Source: Chrysomallon squamiferum
Lineage: Eukaryota; Animalia; Mollusca
Direction: 5' to 3'
DNA: 64,000 nucleotides
Assembly (NCBI GenBank): GCA_012295275.1
Contig: CM022671.1
Span: forward strand, 7,564,001 to 7,628,000
The notes below the pieces were generated by a model that made no database searches, was not told where the DNA came from, and saw nothing but the letters and a program-made list of their open reading frames with translations. Within the stretch, counting starts at the first letter, position 1, and the number at the start of each line of letters is the position of its first letter. Shown piece after piece: positions 1 to 44,582 of this stretch. Position numbers and translations under genes: made by a program.

Positions 1-23747
<23,747 letters not shown>

Positions 23748-23828
23748 TTGTTTTATTTTTCTTTCCTCTTTTTTTTTTTTTTTTTTTTTTTTTAGTCGTT
23801 GTTGGTTTTTTTGCTGATGTTCTTTATG

Positions 23829-23859
<31 letters not shown>

Positions 23860-23862
<3 letters not shown>

Positions 23863-24175
23863 TTTTTTTATTGGAGGCAGCGTCGGTTCTTGTGAGGTAG
23901 AAAAGTTTCCGCTGTGAAATTTTGCACGAAGGATTTTGAAAAGTGAACGCTTAGCGAGGTCTTCCAGCTTCTCTTGTGAATCGTCGCCATGTGCTCCAGT
24001 CTGTTCAGCGATTGACGCATTGATTTTTCTGTTTCAGCTCCGGCTCCATCGGGACTCGTTATCAGTGTACAATTGGTCAAGGGCTTGTCACAGAGGCTGG
24101 ACTAAGTACTGGTCACGATGAAAGCAGCAGATATTTGTAGAATTTTGGCAGTTAGTGGATTGGGTGGGGTTGTCG
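23860..24175 (-). promoter_or_regulatory. Probable promoter / 5' UTR of the LRR gene
   Basis: GC- and CpG-richer unique sequence directly upstream of the ATG exon, with CCAAT motifs on the minus strand (plus-strand attgg near 24073 and 24159). The TSS cannot be determined. Confidence 0.45.
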
Positions 24176-24280
24176 AGTGTAATTGAACAATGTAAAATAA
24201 TAATAATAATAATAATAATACATTTTCGTTCGCTTGTTGACTATGAACAACACTGTTCTCTACAGATAAGCTGTTATGAC

Positions 24281-24319
<39 letters not shown>

Positions 24320-24408
24320 GTTGTAGTAGTAGTAGTAGCAGTAGTAGTAGTAACGGTAGTAGTAGTAGTAGAAGTAGTTATTATTGTTGTTTTACTAGTG
24401 TAATAGTA

Positions 24409-24474
<66 letters not shown>

Positions 24475-24678
24475 GTTATAATAACTACATCACACATACA
24501 TCTGCACATATAGATACATACACAAACATGCATATACACAAACACATACACATATACACCTACACGCAAACACACATTATTAAACAGATACAGATATATA
24601 TATGCATAGCCATATACTAAATATGTTTTATCTATTAAAAAATATGCTCTTGATCTTCTGATGTATCAATAATCTCTC

Positions 24679-24783
<105 letters not shown>

Positions 24784-25013
24784 TTGTGAATGTGATTTTT
24801 TATTTGAGTGTACAGCTGTGTGGTGCGCACCACACTCTTATTTTCAAATTTACGATCTTTCGCAAGACATATATCAAACTATTACTGAACTCTTTGTGAA
24901 CGATAAGCTACCACTGAAGCTAAACAGATCTATAAAATGAAATTACATACAGTTTCTATAACGAATTAACGCGGACTTGCACTTACACGACGGTCATAAA
25001 CAATAACGGGTCG

Positions 25014-25106
25014 ACTTTAAATCACCGAGAAGATACACACCCACTGATCAGTTGGGATACTCGCAAAGCCCTGTTAAAAAGATCAGAGTTTTCGGTGATT
25101 TAAAGT
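25014..25106. repeat. Perfect 15-bp inverted repeat around a 63-nt spacer (small MITE or hairpin)
   Basis: ACTTTAAATCACCGA (25014-25028) and TCGGTGATTTAAAGT (25092-25106). Confidence 0.8.
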
Positions 25107-25194
25107 TATCCATACTATAACCTCATATGTAGACATTTAAGTTGTCCAAACAGTGACATGTACGCACAAATACATTTTATACTACACACACACA

Positions 25195-25234
<40 letters not shown>

Positions 25235-26938
25235 GATATATATATATATGTACTATGATTTCGTAGTGTTTAATAAGGCAGCTGGATTTTAGTCGATTGT
25301 TTGGTACTCAAGAAGACATGTTGTCGAATATCTAGTAACTTCGTCTACCCTGGTACACTAGCGTGGAAAGGTAGGCCAAAACAGAAACAATCAGTTTAAC
25401 CTCTGTCAAAGGAAAGCACAAGACAGGCAGATGTGGAAACAACATACTAAGGCTTTCGTTTGACACTAGATCTGTACAATGATGACAGTGTCGAAAAGGT
25501 CTCTATAGACTACTTGACAATGTATTTGATAATGTAATACTTTTATTACGTGCTGACATCTGAAACCTAGAAGTACAGTAATATTTTATTTTTATTTGAC
25601 ACTTAAATAAACCAAAAAAGCTTTTACAGTTTTCATTATTATAAAAGTAATCAGTTGATCATGCCCTTTGCACCTAATCTTTGCTAACAGTAAAGGATGA
25701 CGTTCTGGAGTTTACATCGAGGTTGACATTTTCTTCTCTTTCTTGTTGTCACTTCGCAGATAAACAATGCAAAAGAATTGGTCCCTTAGTTCTTTGCTGC
25801 CACTACAGAGAAAAACAATTTTTTTTTTTATCTTTACATATCAAAAAATAAGAATTAAACAATTAAAACAAATATATTGGTATATGCTGTCCTGTCTCGG
25901 CAAACTGTCTGTAAACAATTTCTTGATGCTAAACCGTAAAACCTGGCGCCCAATGATTTTCTCTTTTAACCAAAGCTTTCATACGACTGAAAGAAAACTG
26001 CATCGAACATTCTTTCTGTACAGTTTTCATTTTGTGCCTCTATATGAACATGCGTATGCGTGCATATTGTAGGTGTATGTGTACGTATGTGTAAATATTG
26101 AAAATACTTGTATATATTAATTTTGCTATTGCCATTCTGATCAGTGTTTCAGACATCGTAGTATGTACTTTCCGACCAACGGGTAGGTTCATATGAACAT
26201 TCTCTTGCTGCTAATCAAACATAGTAGTCCATTGCACTTATTTTCTGGCATTATCTATATGATTCGTAATTCACATGTATGCAGTTAAATGTCAATAAAT
26301 TAAAAATGTGTTGAATACATCTTTAAAAACTATTTTTTATTTTGCTTTTTTTTTTTCTAAATCTACAGCGTAAGTTTGAGAATAAAAATATATAAATAAT
26401 AAGACGAAAACAAAATTAAATAAATAAACGTATTTGTATAAATATGTTTTCTTGAACGAAAAAATCTTGATTAATTTTGTCCTTCTGTTATGAGATTTGG
26501 TGGGTATTAAAGACTTTATTTGTGTCTAAGTTTGAATCAGCGCTGCCAGAAGAAGATTTAGTACGATCTCTTAATAATGAAAAATCCAGATAAACTTTGC
26601 AATTACCAGACTTGAGCGGCCGAAACATTAATTATCCGCAAGAACGTGGGGAGGGGGAAAACCAAAAAAACAAAAACAATAATTTTTTTTTTTTTTTTTT
26701 TTTTTTATATATATATTTTTTTATATATATATATAATGAGATACATCATTATAAAATGTTAAAAAAAAGGTAATAATGACAATGGCAACAAGAACAATAA
26801 CAATAATAAAAGATGTAGAAAAGAAACGAAATAATAAATAAATGCTATAAAATGGAAATAACTGAATTGAGTACATTTGTTTTTTGTTTTTTTTACTAAA
26901 CGATATTGATTACATTCATAATTTTTTTCCAGAGAGCC

Positions 26939-26997
<59 letters not shown>

Positions 26998-27333
26998 GAG
27001 AGAGAGAAGACGGAGAAAAAGAGATAGAATGAAATAGAGAGAAAGACGGAGAGAAAGAGATAGAATAAAATGAAAAAGAGAGAAAGAGATAGAATGAAAT
27101 AGAGAGAAAGACGGAGTGAGAGACGCAGAGAGAAACAAACAAACAAAGTGAGACGGGAAGAGATGCTGAAATAAGCATCATTAATATTATTCCGAAAACT
27201 CAAAAACAAAAAATGATCGTGTTATATTTGATCTCAGAGCAACAAGGAAGTAAAATATTTCTGTCTGAATTTAACATGAACTAAGTAACATAGTTGTAAA
27301 TATGATAGTGTCTTGTTTAAGGACGTCATTAAA

Positions 27334-27380
<47 letters not shown>

Positions 27381-27615
27381 GTAAATAAGACTCATTCTTC
27401 ACGTAATAAACCAAGGCAGATGTCATAGACAGAATGATATTATAGTCGGTAACCAAGACAGTTTATTCTTCTTATTGTTTTTATTTTTCTTAAGATATCT
27501 CATTAAATTTTCTCTAATTTCTTCTTTTTCTTCTTCATCGTCATCATCATCATCATTATTATTATAATATTTGTTGTTGCTATTACTATTACTTCTTCTA
27601 CTACTACTACTACTA

Positions 27616-27693
<78 letters not shown>

Positions 27694-27834
27694 GGTAATT
27701 ACTGCTGATACACATACAAATAAATATATAATAAGACGGAAGAAAGCCTCAGACAAGAACTTTAGAACAATGTATTCAGCTACCATTATTATTAAGAAGA
27801 AGAAGAAGATAAAAGAGATGAAAGGGATGAAGAA

Positions 27835-28060
27835 AGAAGAATATAAAAGCGAGAGAAACAATTCTTAATGTATCATCCTCAATTTTATGCTGAATCTGTA
27901 CTTTTATCTCCAGACTTCTTGGTCGTATCACAGAGCTATGAAGAAGAAGAAGAATGAAGAATATAAACACGAGAGAAGCAATTTATAAAGCATCATCCTC
28001 AGTTTATTTTGAATCTGTACTTTTATCTCCAGACGTGTTAGTTCATGGGCCGGAACTATT
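27835..28060. repeat. Tandem duplication, period about 120 bp
   Basis: atcatcctca...tgaatctgtacttttatctccagac occurs twice. Confidence 0.8.
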
Positions 28061-28689
28061 CTGAAAGTCTTCCATCATCATTCGTTTCTGATTTAATTTG
28101 ACATTTCCTTCCAGAACTGAACATTTCTGAAACAAGAAACTCAAAACCGACTCAGTCTGTTAGATACATTTACACTACTGTGTTACAATTTTAAATGCTA
28201 ATTGAGCTTTCAGGCGGATGTCGCTAACGTTTGCTTTGATAAATTTTCTTACTGGAATTTCTTTCGCTGTAGTGTAGATACACCAATCCTAAATATTTCC
28301 CTGCATTTTACAATGGGTTTTTTTTCTTCTTCTTCTTCATGTTCTTTTTTCTTTTAGCTTTTCATTTTTATTTTATTTTTTATTTTTTTGTTGTTTTTCT
28401 GTTGCGTGAAATATTACTAAAAATCAAAATACTTGCAATAATTATTCGACCTTTTGATTTAAAATAAATCAGACACAATAATCAATCATAAGAGAGCTCT
28501 ACTTGTTACATATTTCCTGTGTATAATCTAAAATCAGTATTTGTAAATTTAAAACGATCGTTTATATCAGCATGTGTATAAATATTATAGTTTTGTAGGT
28601 GAGAAATGTTTTGGCAAAATACAAATAGTTATGTGAAAGAATACTGTGTGCTCTCTCTCTGCCCTCCATGCTCTTGAGTTTCAGAAGCC

Positions 28690-29196
28690 CTACATTTTAT
28701 CAGTAGAGTCAACCAAATCGTGTTACAATGATCCTAGATCACTGGAAATGAGAATGCAGACACAGACTAGCAAAACGAGGAGAAGGTAATGAACAGGAGA
28801 ATAACTGAGTGCCATTACGAAGAGATGAAACCCAAAATTAATGTTCTCTACAAACCTCCCAAAGAAACCGATGGCTATCACCTGCAGTCTTGTCATGGAC
28901 AAGTCATCATTTTCCGATCAAGGACTGGACACAACAGATTCAACCAACATATACATAAGAGGTTCCGGCCTGTATCTTCTTCTATGTGCCCCTGAAGAAG
29001 AACAAACCACTGAACTTTTCATGTAAAACTGTATAAACCTATTTCACCTGAGGGGGACTATCTGAACAACTAGAACAGCTCTACAGAAGAAGCTGTTTGG
29101 CACAAGCAGTGATCTGCAGAGAACAGTGTCGTTCATAGTCAGTGTTAGTCTTGACGTGAAGTCAACAGGCGATCGAAAACAGAAGAGAAAAAAAAA
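28690..29196 (+). mobile_element. Decayed 3' end of an RNase H-containing non-LTR retrotransposon (I-group, Nimb/Ingi-like LINE)
   Basis: Frameshifted translation ITGNENAD../LAKRG (RNase H C-terminal GNExAD motif), QVIIFRSRTGHNRFNQHIHKRFRPVSSSMCP*-EEQT (remnant CCHC-type region), QKKLFGTSSDLQRTVSFI, then an A-rich tail. The clade assignment is inferred from motif recall. Confidence 0.8.
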
Positions 29197-30266
29197 GCAT
29201 GTGAAAGATATAATAAATGTATTATTTTTATACTGTCTTGAAAGAAATTCCAAGAACAGAATTGACCAAAAGAAACATTAGCGACATATGCCTGAAACTG
29301 AAATTATATATGTATTATTTTATATTATTTTATTTTATATATAAATATATACATACATTTTTTTTTTTTTTTTTTTAAGCAGGCTTGTAAGCATAGTTCA
29401 ATCAGCGGTACATTAACTGTTAAGAACTTCGTACCTCTGGCATTTCAAAATACGTGTTTACGATGTACTGTAGGTTCATTACTCTTCCGTTCAAACAGGA
29501 AGTAAGGCGAATCATTCTTGATTAGAGGTTAATATATCTTTGTAAACAAACAGAGAACAAAAGACAGTAAGACAGCACTTGGAACATGATATATATAATC
29601 TTTCACTGACGCGCTGAAGCAGATTAGTGTGAAATGAACTGATGAAGTTGAGTAATGGTCACGATGTGTTCCAAGAACATCTTTACTAATCAGGGCTGAG
29701 GTGTGTGGGTTAACAACCAGTTATTTAATTTCAACATACAGGTGTCGTGGTTTCACCGCTAGGTGGCTCTGGCACGGCTGAAAGGAATCGTTCCGACACT
29801 TTTGAATCTTGAACCTTGGAAAAAAAATGAACGTGCTAATCAGAGCAAGCTGTTGTGAAGCACGTCTACGACGGGCACGCTTTCTGACAGGCCAGTGGGC
29901 GTTTGTTGCAGAATCACTTTTATAGTCTTTTGGGGTCTCGTTTTACTTTTATTTTTTCATTTTATTATTATTACTATTATTATTACTATTATCATTATTA
30001 TTATTGTTATTATTATTATTGTTATTATGATTATTATTATTATAATTATTATTATTATTATGATTATTATTATTATAATTATTATGATTTATTCCAAGAT
30101 GTATATATGTTTTTTTTTTTTTTTTTCTATTTTATTATTCCATTCTTGTTGGGGTTTCGTTTATGGGGTTTTGGGGGTCTTTTTATCTATTGTTTTGTTT
30201 GGAGGTTGATTTTTGAACGTGGACAAACAATTAATTTTATTGATTTTGTTTTAATCTCTTACTAAA

Positions 30267-30343
<77 letters not shown>

Positions 30344-31332
30344 CTCTCTCCTTTCACTAGCTCTAAGTATTCATTTTGTTTTGTTTTTTTTAACGAGAAG
30401 GCGAGAAGGAAACAATTTATCTTGATAAACAAACAAAATAGACAAGCAAATAAAAAAAACAAAAATGAAATAAAGAAACAACAGATAGACAAATAAACAA
30501 CAGCAGTCTTGTAGGACCCCCTTTTTTTCCTCCCCCGACTCTTTTCGACTCTATTGCGACATTGTTAGAGAGTGTAAGTTGTCGCGGGCGTACTCCACAA
30601 AAGCTTTCAGTGATTAGCACGTTAATTTTTCACTCACTCACTATTTGGGAACAGTTAACAACAGTTAACAATCTTAATAGCATTATAGGCCCCCACGGAA
30701 AACAATGCACATGCGACGATGCAAAGAAAATCGATTAATTATATAACTTTCTAACCAGGATACATTAAGGCCGCCATTTTACTTTTTGTCACATATCAAG
30801 GATTTCTGTTTACGAGTCAAAAAAAAAAAAAATAATAATAATAATAATAATTCAGAAATCCTTATATATATAAATATATCAGCACACACCTCCAATTTCA
30901 ATATCATACTTTATTATTAACACAAGCTGGTATCCATAAGAAATTATAAAAATAAAATAAAATAAAATAAAATAAAATAAAATAAAATAAAATAAAATAT
31001 CTTGAAAGTTAGTATACATTGTGTTGTATTCCGGAATCATGGATACCAAACTGCGGCTGATGTTGTTGTTGTTGTTGTTGCTGTTTCTCGCTGGTTTGTA
31101 CTCATTACACTTCCCTTCAGTGTCATGTTGTCAGCACCTGCTCACTGCATTCGAAGACGTTGCTTCCTGTCTGCCGATGTAATGACTTTTTATAGCATAA
31201 TTTATACGTTTGTGCTTTAAGCAAAATAATGATGACTTTTTTTTTTTCAGGATTATTTGGGAATGAGACACAGAAAATATTCGGAGAAAGTAATGAGAGA
31301 ATATTTTCATTATCTTGCTCTTCTTCTCTCTT

Positions 31333-31363
<31 letters not shown>

Positions 31364-32585
31364 TTGTTTTTTGTTTGTTTGTGTATTAAATTATTTTTAC
31401 AAATAGGATAAACTATATTTTAATTATTACAGTGTTTTTATTATTATGCTACAGAAAACTATATCCGCGAATTTTTTAACCCTGGTTGATTTAGTGCTTT
31501 GCTTTATCATCGTCATCATCATTTATTTATTTATTTAGGTTGAAATATTAGAATCTGCTTTGAAATCGTAATATTACAGATGGCAGTTTCTATAATTTAA
31601 CATGTTCAAGAAAGAAAGCATTTAAACTGGATTTCAAGCAACTGACTTTAATGTCCTTAATAATAATGCCATCATATAACAAAACGACTGAAAAGGAATG
31701 AAAATCAAATCAATGGGAGGTAAATGATAATTATAATGATTATATTAAAAACAATCATCACATAAAAGGCATTTTATAGAATACATGTAATATCTACTAA
31801 ATGATAATGAAAATCAAGACGCGAGTTCAGGATTTGTAAAGGTGATATATATCTGGAAGTCCCGAATATTTTTTCGTATCAAATATCCCCCACCGCCCAA
31901 ATGAACTGACGATACAATACTGGTGTTATTTAGTCTTATTATCAGTATATATACATGTGTCAACAACAGCCACGTAAACGCTTCTTGTAGTAGCAATGCT
32001 GACGCATTTAAAAAATAATAATAATAATAATAAAATTTTTTTTTAAAAAGGAAGAAAATGTCAACCTTAAGTCACTCAAAAACAAGAGAGAATGTGAAAA
32101 AAGATAGGTCAGCGTAATCGATTTTGTTCTAATATTCAGTTGTCATTTTTACCTATTTCCCCGTTTCGCTTTATTTTCGTATTTTCATTTACGTCTTTTT
32201 AAGAAATTCCCCAAACAAAAAAACAACAAAAAAAACCTGTTATTTGATCTCATTTTGTTTTAAAACATATAGTAAATCAGCGTAACATTTGGAAGTTCTA
32301 AATTCGCCACTGCTGAAAAAAAAAGATAGCGAGCGCCCTTAGCGGCCATTAGCATTGCTACTTATACGCACTTTAAAATGAAAACAAATTGGTTTTGAAG
32401 AGCCGGAGATTTCCATTTCCTCTCTAACAATGACATCCTAAATCTGCGCCTGAAATGATACTAGTAAAGAAAATTGATGATAATGATCATATACAGATAT
32501 GCGTTTCGTCTATAAGAGAATAACCAAAACAGTAACAAATGCTTACAAACACGAACGGTAATTCTAATTAATATCAAAGGTCTCT

Positions 32586-39462
<6,877 letters not shown>

Positions 39463-39568
39463 TTAGTTTCTTTTCTTCTTTTTTTTTGGTTTCAAATGAC
39501 ACCAGTCCTACTGAAAGCCGAATATTTTCATAGAATTCTTTTTTAAAATTCTAATCCTAGTAAATTGG

Positions 39569-39611
<43 letters not shown>

Positions 39612-39797
39612 GCTTGCTTACTTTCGCTGGGAGGACAGCGGGTGATGCTAACTACTGATGAAGAGGGGTGTTTGGCAGGATTTCGAAAATTCATCGACTG
39701 TTTCGTGAAACTCGAGCTCCAAGTCGCCTGACATTTTGCACTTCTGCTATTCGAAACCACTGTGATAACAGTATCGCAGATTCAGCTATAGATTTCG

Positions 39798-39829
<32 letters not shown>

Positions 39830-39993
39830 AAAAAACACTTCATGAAAACCATGCAGTGTGTATCTCGCTGAAATCTATCAGGAAAATGTGGCATTCATAA
39901 ATATTGGTTTTTGATTGCTTTTGTGTTGAGAAAGATTACTTTGTTTCTTTAATCTTTAAAAATATTATTATTATTATTATGATGATGATGATG

Positions 39994-40046
<53 letters not shown>

Positions 40047-40641
40047 GATTGTTGTTATTATTAGTGTAATTATTATTACTGTTGTTGTTATCGTTTTATT
40101 ATTATTATAGTTATTAATATTGCTGACTTTATCGGTTTTTTTTGCTTGCATTTTTTTAACTTGACATTATTATTATGTGAAAAACACAAAATCCATTATG
40201 CAAAACATGAAAGTGAAGAGTCACGGCATTATTACCAAATCTCTACAAAGCAAAATATTGCTGTGTGTGTCTGCGTGCGTCCGTGAGTGTGAATACGTAC
40301 GTCATCCGCCATTGCCATTTTGACCAATCGCATTATTGAAAATAATAATAATAATAACTTCAGTAAAGTATGGTTATACGGACTAATCTGGAATATTGCA
40401 GTATGGATTTTAGCAGACCTTAGTAGCAGTATACAGGGCGTATAGATGGGGTTTCGAGTTAATACATTTAGAGCAAAATTACATAAGTTTATAAATGTCC
40501 TAAGGATCCGATAATATATAGATGTGGATGGTCAGACAATTTATATATATATATATAATTATGAAAGAAAGCTGTAAATGGTACATATATAGCACATTAC
40601 TAACAGACACAAACAGTTTTCTATCGTCATGTCGTCATACC

Positions 40642-40704
<63 letters not shown>

Positions 40705-41742
40705 TAAACGGCATATACATAGCACAGTACTAACAGACATGTAACAGTTTTCTATTGACATACCATTGTTATAAATCGCTAAAGAAAGAAAGAGTGAGTG
40801 TGTATAACACAAACAAACAAAAACAACAACACAAAAGCACCGAGTTGTTTACAGTGTGTTATTCATAGAAAAGAACAGAGAGAGGAATATTGTAATTCAA
40901 ACTGTTTAACGTAAATAAATTTGGTAAGTTCTTAGTTTACAAACATATAACAAGATTCCACGTCCAGCTAAGGCCCTGGCTGGCCAGCTGATTGTATTAA
41001 AACATACAATATACACCAGAGTATACCTATCATAGAAAACTGTATTAAATAATGTACTTGGAAAGCAAAAACCGTATAATATACCTTTAGTTAGTAATTT
41101 ATTATTATTATTATTATTTTAAAAAACATCAAACAATTCTGTTAGGAATAATAATTTTGTTTTTAAATCTGGAGTCTAATTTAAATTTATTATTATTATT
41201 ATTTTTTTAAATCTTCTTAATTTTTTCTAATTTAAATTAAAAAAAAATATATATAAAAAATTAAAAAAACACGAAAGAAATCCTCTGATTAACGTCATTT
41301 ATACGAGATATCCAACACAACAATACACGATCATCATCACCAGTATTAAAAATGTTATTAATAATAAAAAATACTCATGATATGAAGCAGGGATTTCACT
41401 GACATATATTCTTGCAATTTTTCACCAATACTTAATAATGACTGGCAGCAATCAAACTTCCATCAGTTAATAAGTTTTTAAAAACATGTTTAATGAAAAT
41501 GAGTTTTCTCTCTTCAAAGATGACTCAAAATGAAACTTGGATGACTTGGTCACCTTAACCAGAAAATGAATCACCAAAAATAGTCTTCTGTTGTAAAATT
41601 GTTTAAAAAATATTTTTAAATTTATATCTGCCTAGAAATTAATTTTCAACCATCTATTTTTATTTTAAATGATCCAGTTGTTACCAATAATACTTGTTTA
41701 AAAAGAAATTAATTATTTTAATTCTAAATAATTTGATATATA

Positions 41743-41968
41743 CAAGGGGTGCAAAAGCAGGTACACAGGAGTATCACATCAGTGAATTTTAGTAGCACAT
41801 TAAATTAGTTGGTCTTTTTTCTTATTTTGAGTGTCATTAACCATATTTTATTTAAATTAATAAAAATGCATGTATTTTTATATTAGCTTTTTTGTTTGAA
41901 TAATAAATACAATGAGTACTGTAAGTTTTCTTTTTTCATAACTATATACCTACTTTTGCACCCCCCTG
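41743..41968. mobile_element. Tc1/mariner-type MITE (226 bp) with TA target-site duplication
   Basis: Left end TA|CAAGGGGTGCAAAAGCAGGTACACAG. The right end reverse-complements to TA|CAGGGGGGTGCAAAAGTAGGTATATAG. No coding capacity. Confidence 0.82.
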
Positions 41969-42859
41969 TATACATATATATATATATTTTTTTTTTTTTA
42001 AATAAATCATATTCTGCTACTATAATTATTATTTCTTGTTTTTTGTTCTTTATCTGTCTATGTATTAATATTAATTTTTATCTATTAATTTTATTATAAA
42101 TGATATTGTTGTTTTCTTTTGCAACTATTTTTCAAAGAGATTAATTACAAGTTTATATTATTTACTTTAAAAAAAAAAAAAAATCATATTCAGCTTATCC
42201 AGTTTTAAGAATTAAATTGTTTGAAAAGAAGAAAAACAAAATTAAATCTATTTTTAACGAACTGTAAAAATTTGAAATTTCTTGTCAATTAAAGCATCTA
42301 TGAAGAACTATCTATTCACAAAGTAAAACACAAACACACTAATTATTATACGTAGGAATAAATAACAAATATGTATATAATTAAGAAATATAAATGACAT
42401 TCTTTGAACCATATCATTATGTTCATTAATGTTGTATGCTAGTTTGAAACTACACAATTCTACATAAATGATGCTGTTTGAATAATGTGCAATGTGAAAC
42501 AACTAAAAACACTACAAAGAAGATGTAGATCAACTTTCCATCTACATAATCAGAATGTTATTTCCATGGAATATCATAACAATGGATGAACAGATATAAA
42601 GTTTTACCCTTTATAAAAATTTTATTTACATACATACGTGTATATATATATATATATTATCTTATATACTGGTCAAAAAACACTTAGTAAAACATGTGTT
42701 TATTTATTGTCATATAAATATTGCATTAGGAGATGGTATTCCTGAGGTTCTCATCATCCAAGATTATCACTGATTTTTGAGTTAATCTGAATTAAGGCAT
42801 GTATAAGTTACATCAATGGCAAATGAGGTCCAATGACATCCTTCTCTATGCAGGATATA

Positions 42860-43110
<251 letters not shown>

Positions 43111-43629
43111 ATATTCTGTTGCAAGATCTTCATAGTAAGAATCTTCTTATGTATCTCATTTTATCTATGAACAATTGCAATATATTTTATTCTTATGCTA
43201 TTTTATCTAGAGGTTAATCTGAATATATTTTACTGTGATAGTTAAATTTTATCCATGAATTTTATCAAAGGCAGCCTAAATATATTTAACGCTTTTAAAA
43301 TCCAACATGATATATCCTGAATTTTTTTTTTTTCATGAATAACCTAAATTTATTTATTTCTCATAATCATATCCTGAATTTTATCATGTATAATCTTAAT
43401 ATTTTTAAAACCTGACATGATTTCTTGAATTTTTTCATGAATAACCTGAATATAATTGATTCTCGTAGCTAATTATAATTCATATATCCTGAATTTTATC
43501 ATGGGTAATTGGAATATATTTAATACTTGTAAAAAATATTTCATAATGCAGACATCCTGAGTAGTATCATGGCTGACCTGAATATTTTTATTTATATAGG
43601 TAACGGCAATAAGTGTCCTCAGTTTTCTC

Positions 43630-44135
43630 GTTTCGTTTGTGAATAAATCCATTATCTTTCCTTTCTTTTGTGAATAACATGAATATCTTTCATTTATTTT
43701 GTGAATAATGTGAACATCTTTCATTTCTTTTGTGAATAATGTAGATCTTTCATTTCTTTTGTGAATAATGTGAATATCATTCATTTCTTTTGTGAATAAT
43801 GTAAATATTTTTGTTTCTTTTGTGAATAACTTGAATATCTTTGATTTCTTTTATGAATAATGTAAATATCTTTTTTTGGTGAATAACTTAAATAGCTTGC
43901 ATTTCTTTTGTGAAAAATGAATATCTTTCATTTTTGTGAATAATATGAATCATTCATTTCTTTTGTGAAACATGTGAATCATTTTTGTGAATAATGTGAA
44001 TATCTCATTTCTTTTGTGAATAATGTGAATATCTGCCATTTCTTTTGTGAATAATGTGAATATCTGCCATTTCTTTTGTGAATAATGTGAATATCTCATT
44101 TCTTTTGTGAATAACTTGAACATCTTTCATTTCAT
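43630..44135. repeat. Minisatellite, about 31-bp unit TTTCATTTCTTTTGTGAATAATGTGAATATC, roughly 15 copies
   Basis: Recurrent tttgtgaataa core at about 31-bp spacing, preceded by a more degenerate related array (atcctgaattttatcatg...) at 43240-43590. Confidence 0.9.
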
Positions 44136-44582
44136 CTGTTAGTAATTTGAAATTTGAAATTAACTTCAGAAACTTTTGCTTAATCTGTGAATAATTATAA
44201 CACCTTTCAAGGCATCTGTTAGCAATTGGAATACATTTTACCTCCACAGAACCCAATCAGCAGTGATTATATTTTCCTATCGTAACAACAGCAATCACTA
44301 TGAATCTTCTTCACCTCATAAACTGTTATCATGGTTATAATTTTCCACTGAAAACTGAATGTCTTTCCCCATGTACATGCAACAGTCCTCACCAACAAGC
44401 TTAATTAAATTAGTTACCTTTGCTTTACAAAGATAAACACCACAAAGATAAATATGACCTAAACGTATTAAACAGGGCTTCATCGTTATCCATTAGAGTT
44501 ATGCAGTGATTAAAAACATTCACATTCGACGGTGACATTTTCATTTCAGCTGCAGCTGCTACAAACTGTGGCAACTGTTGCA

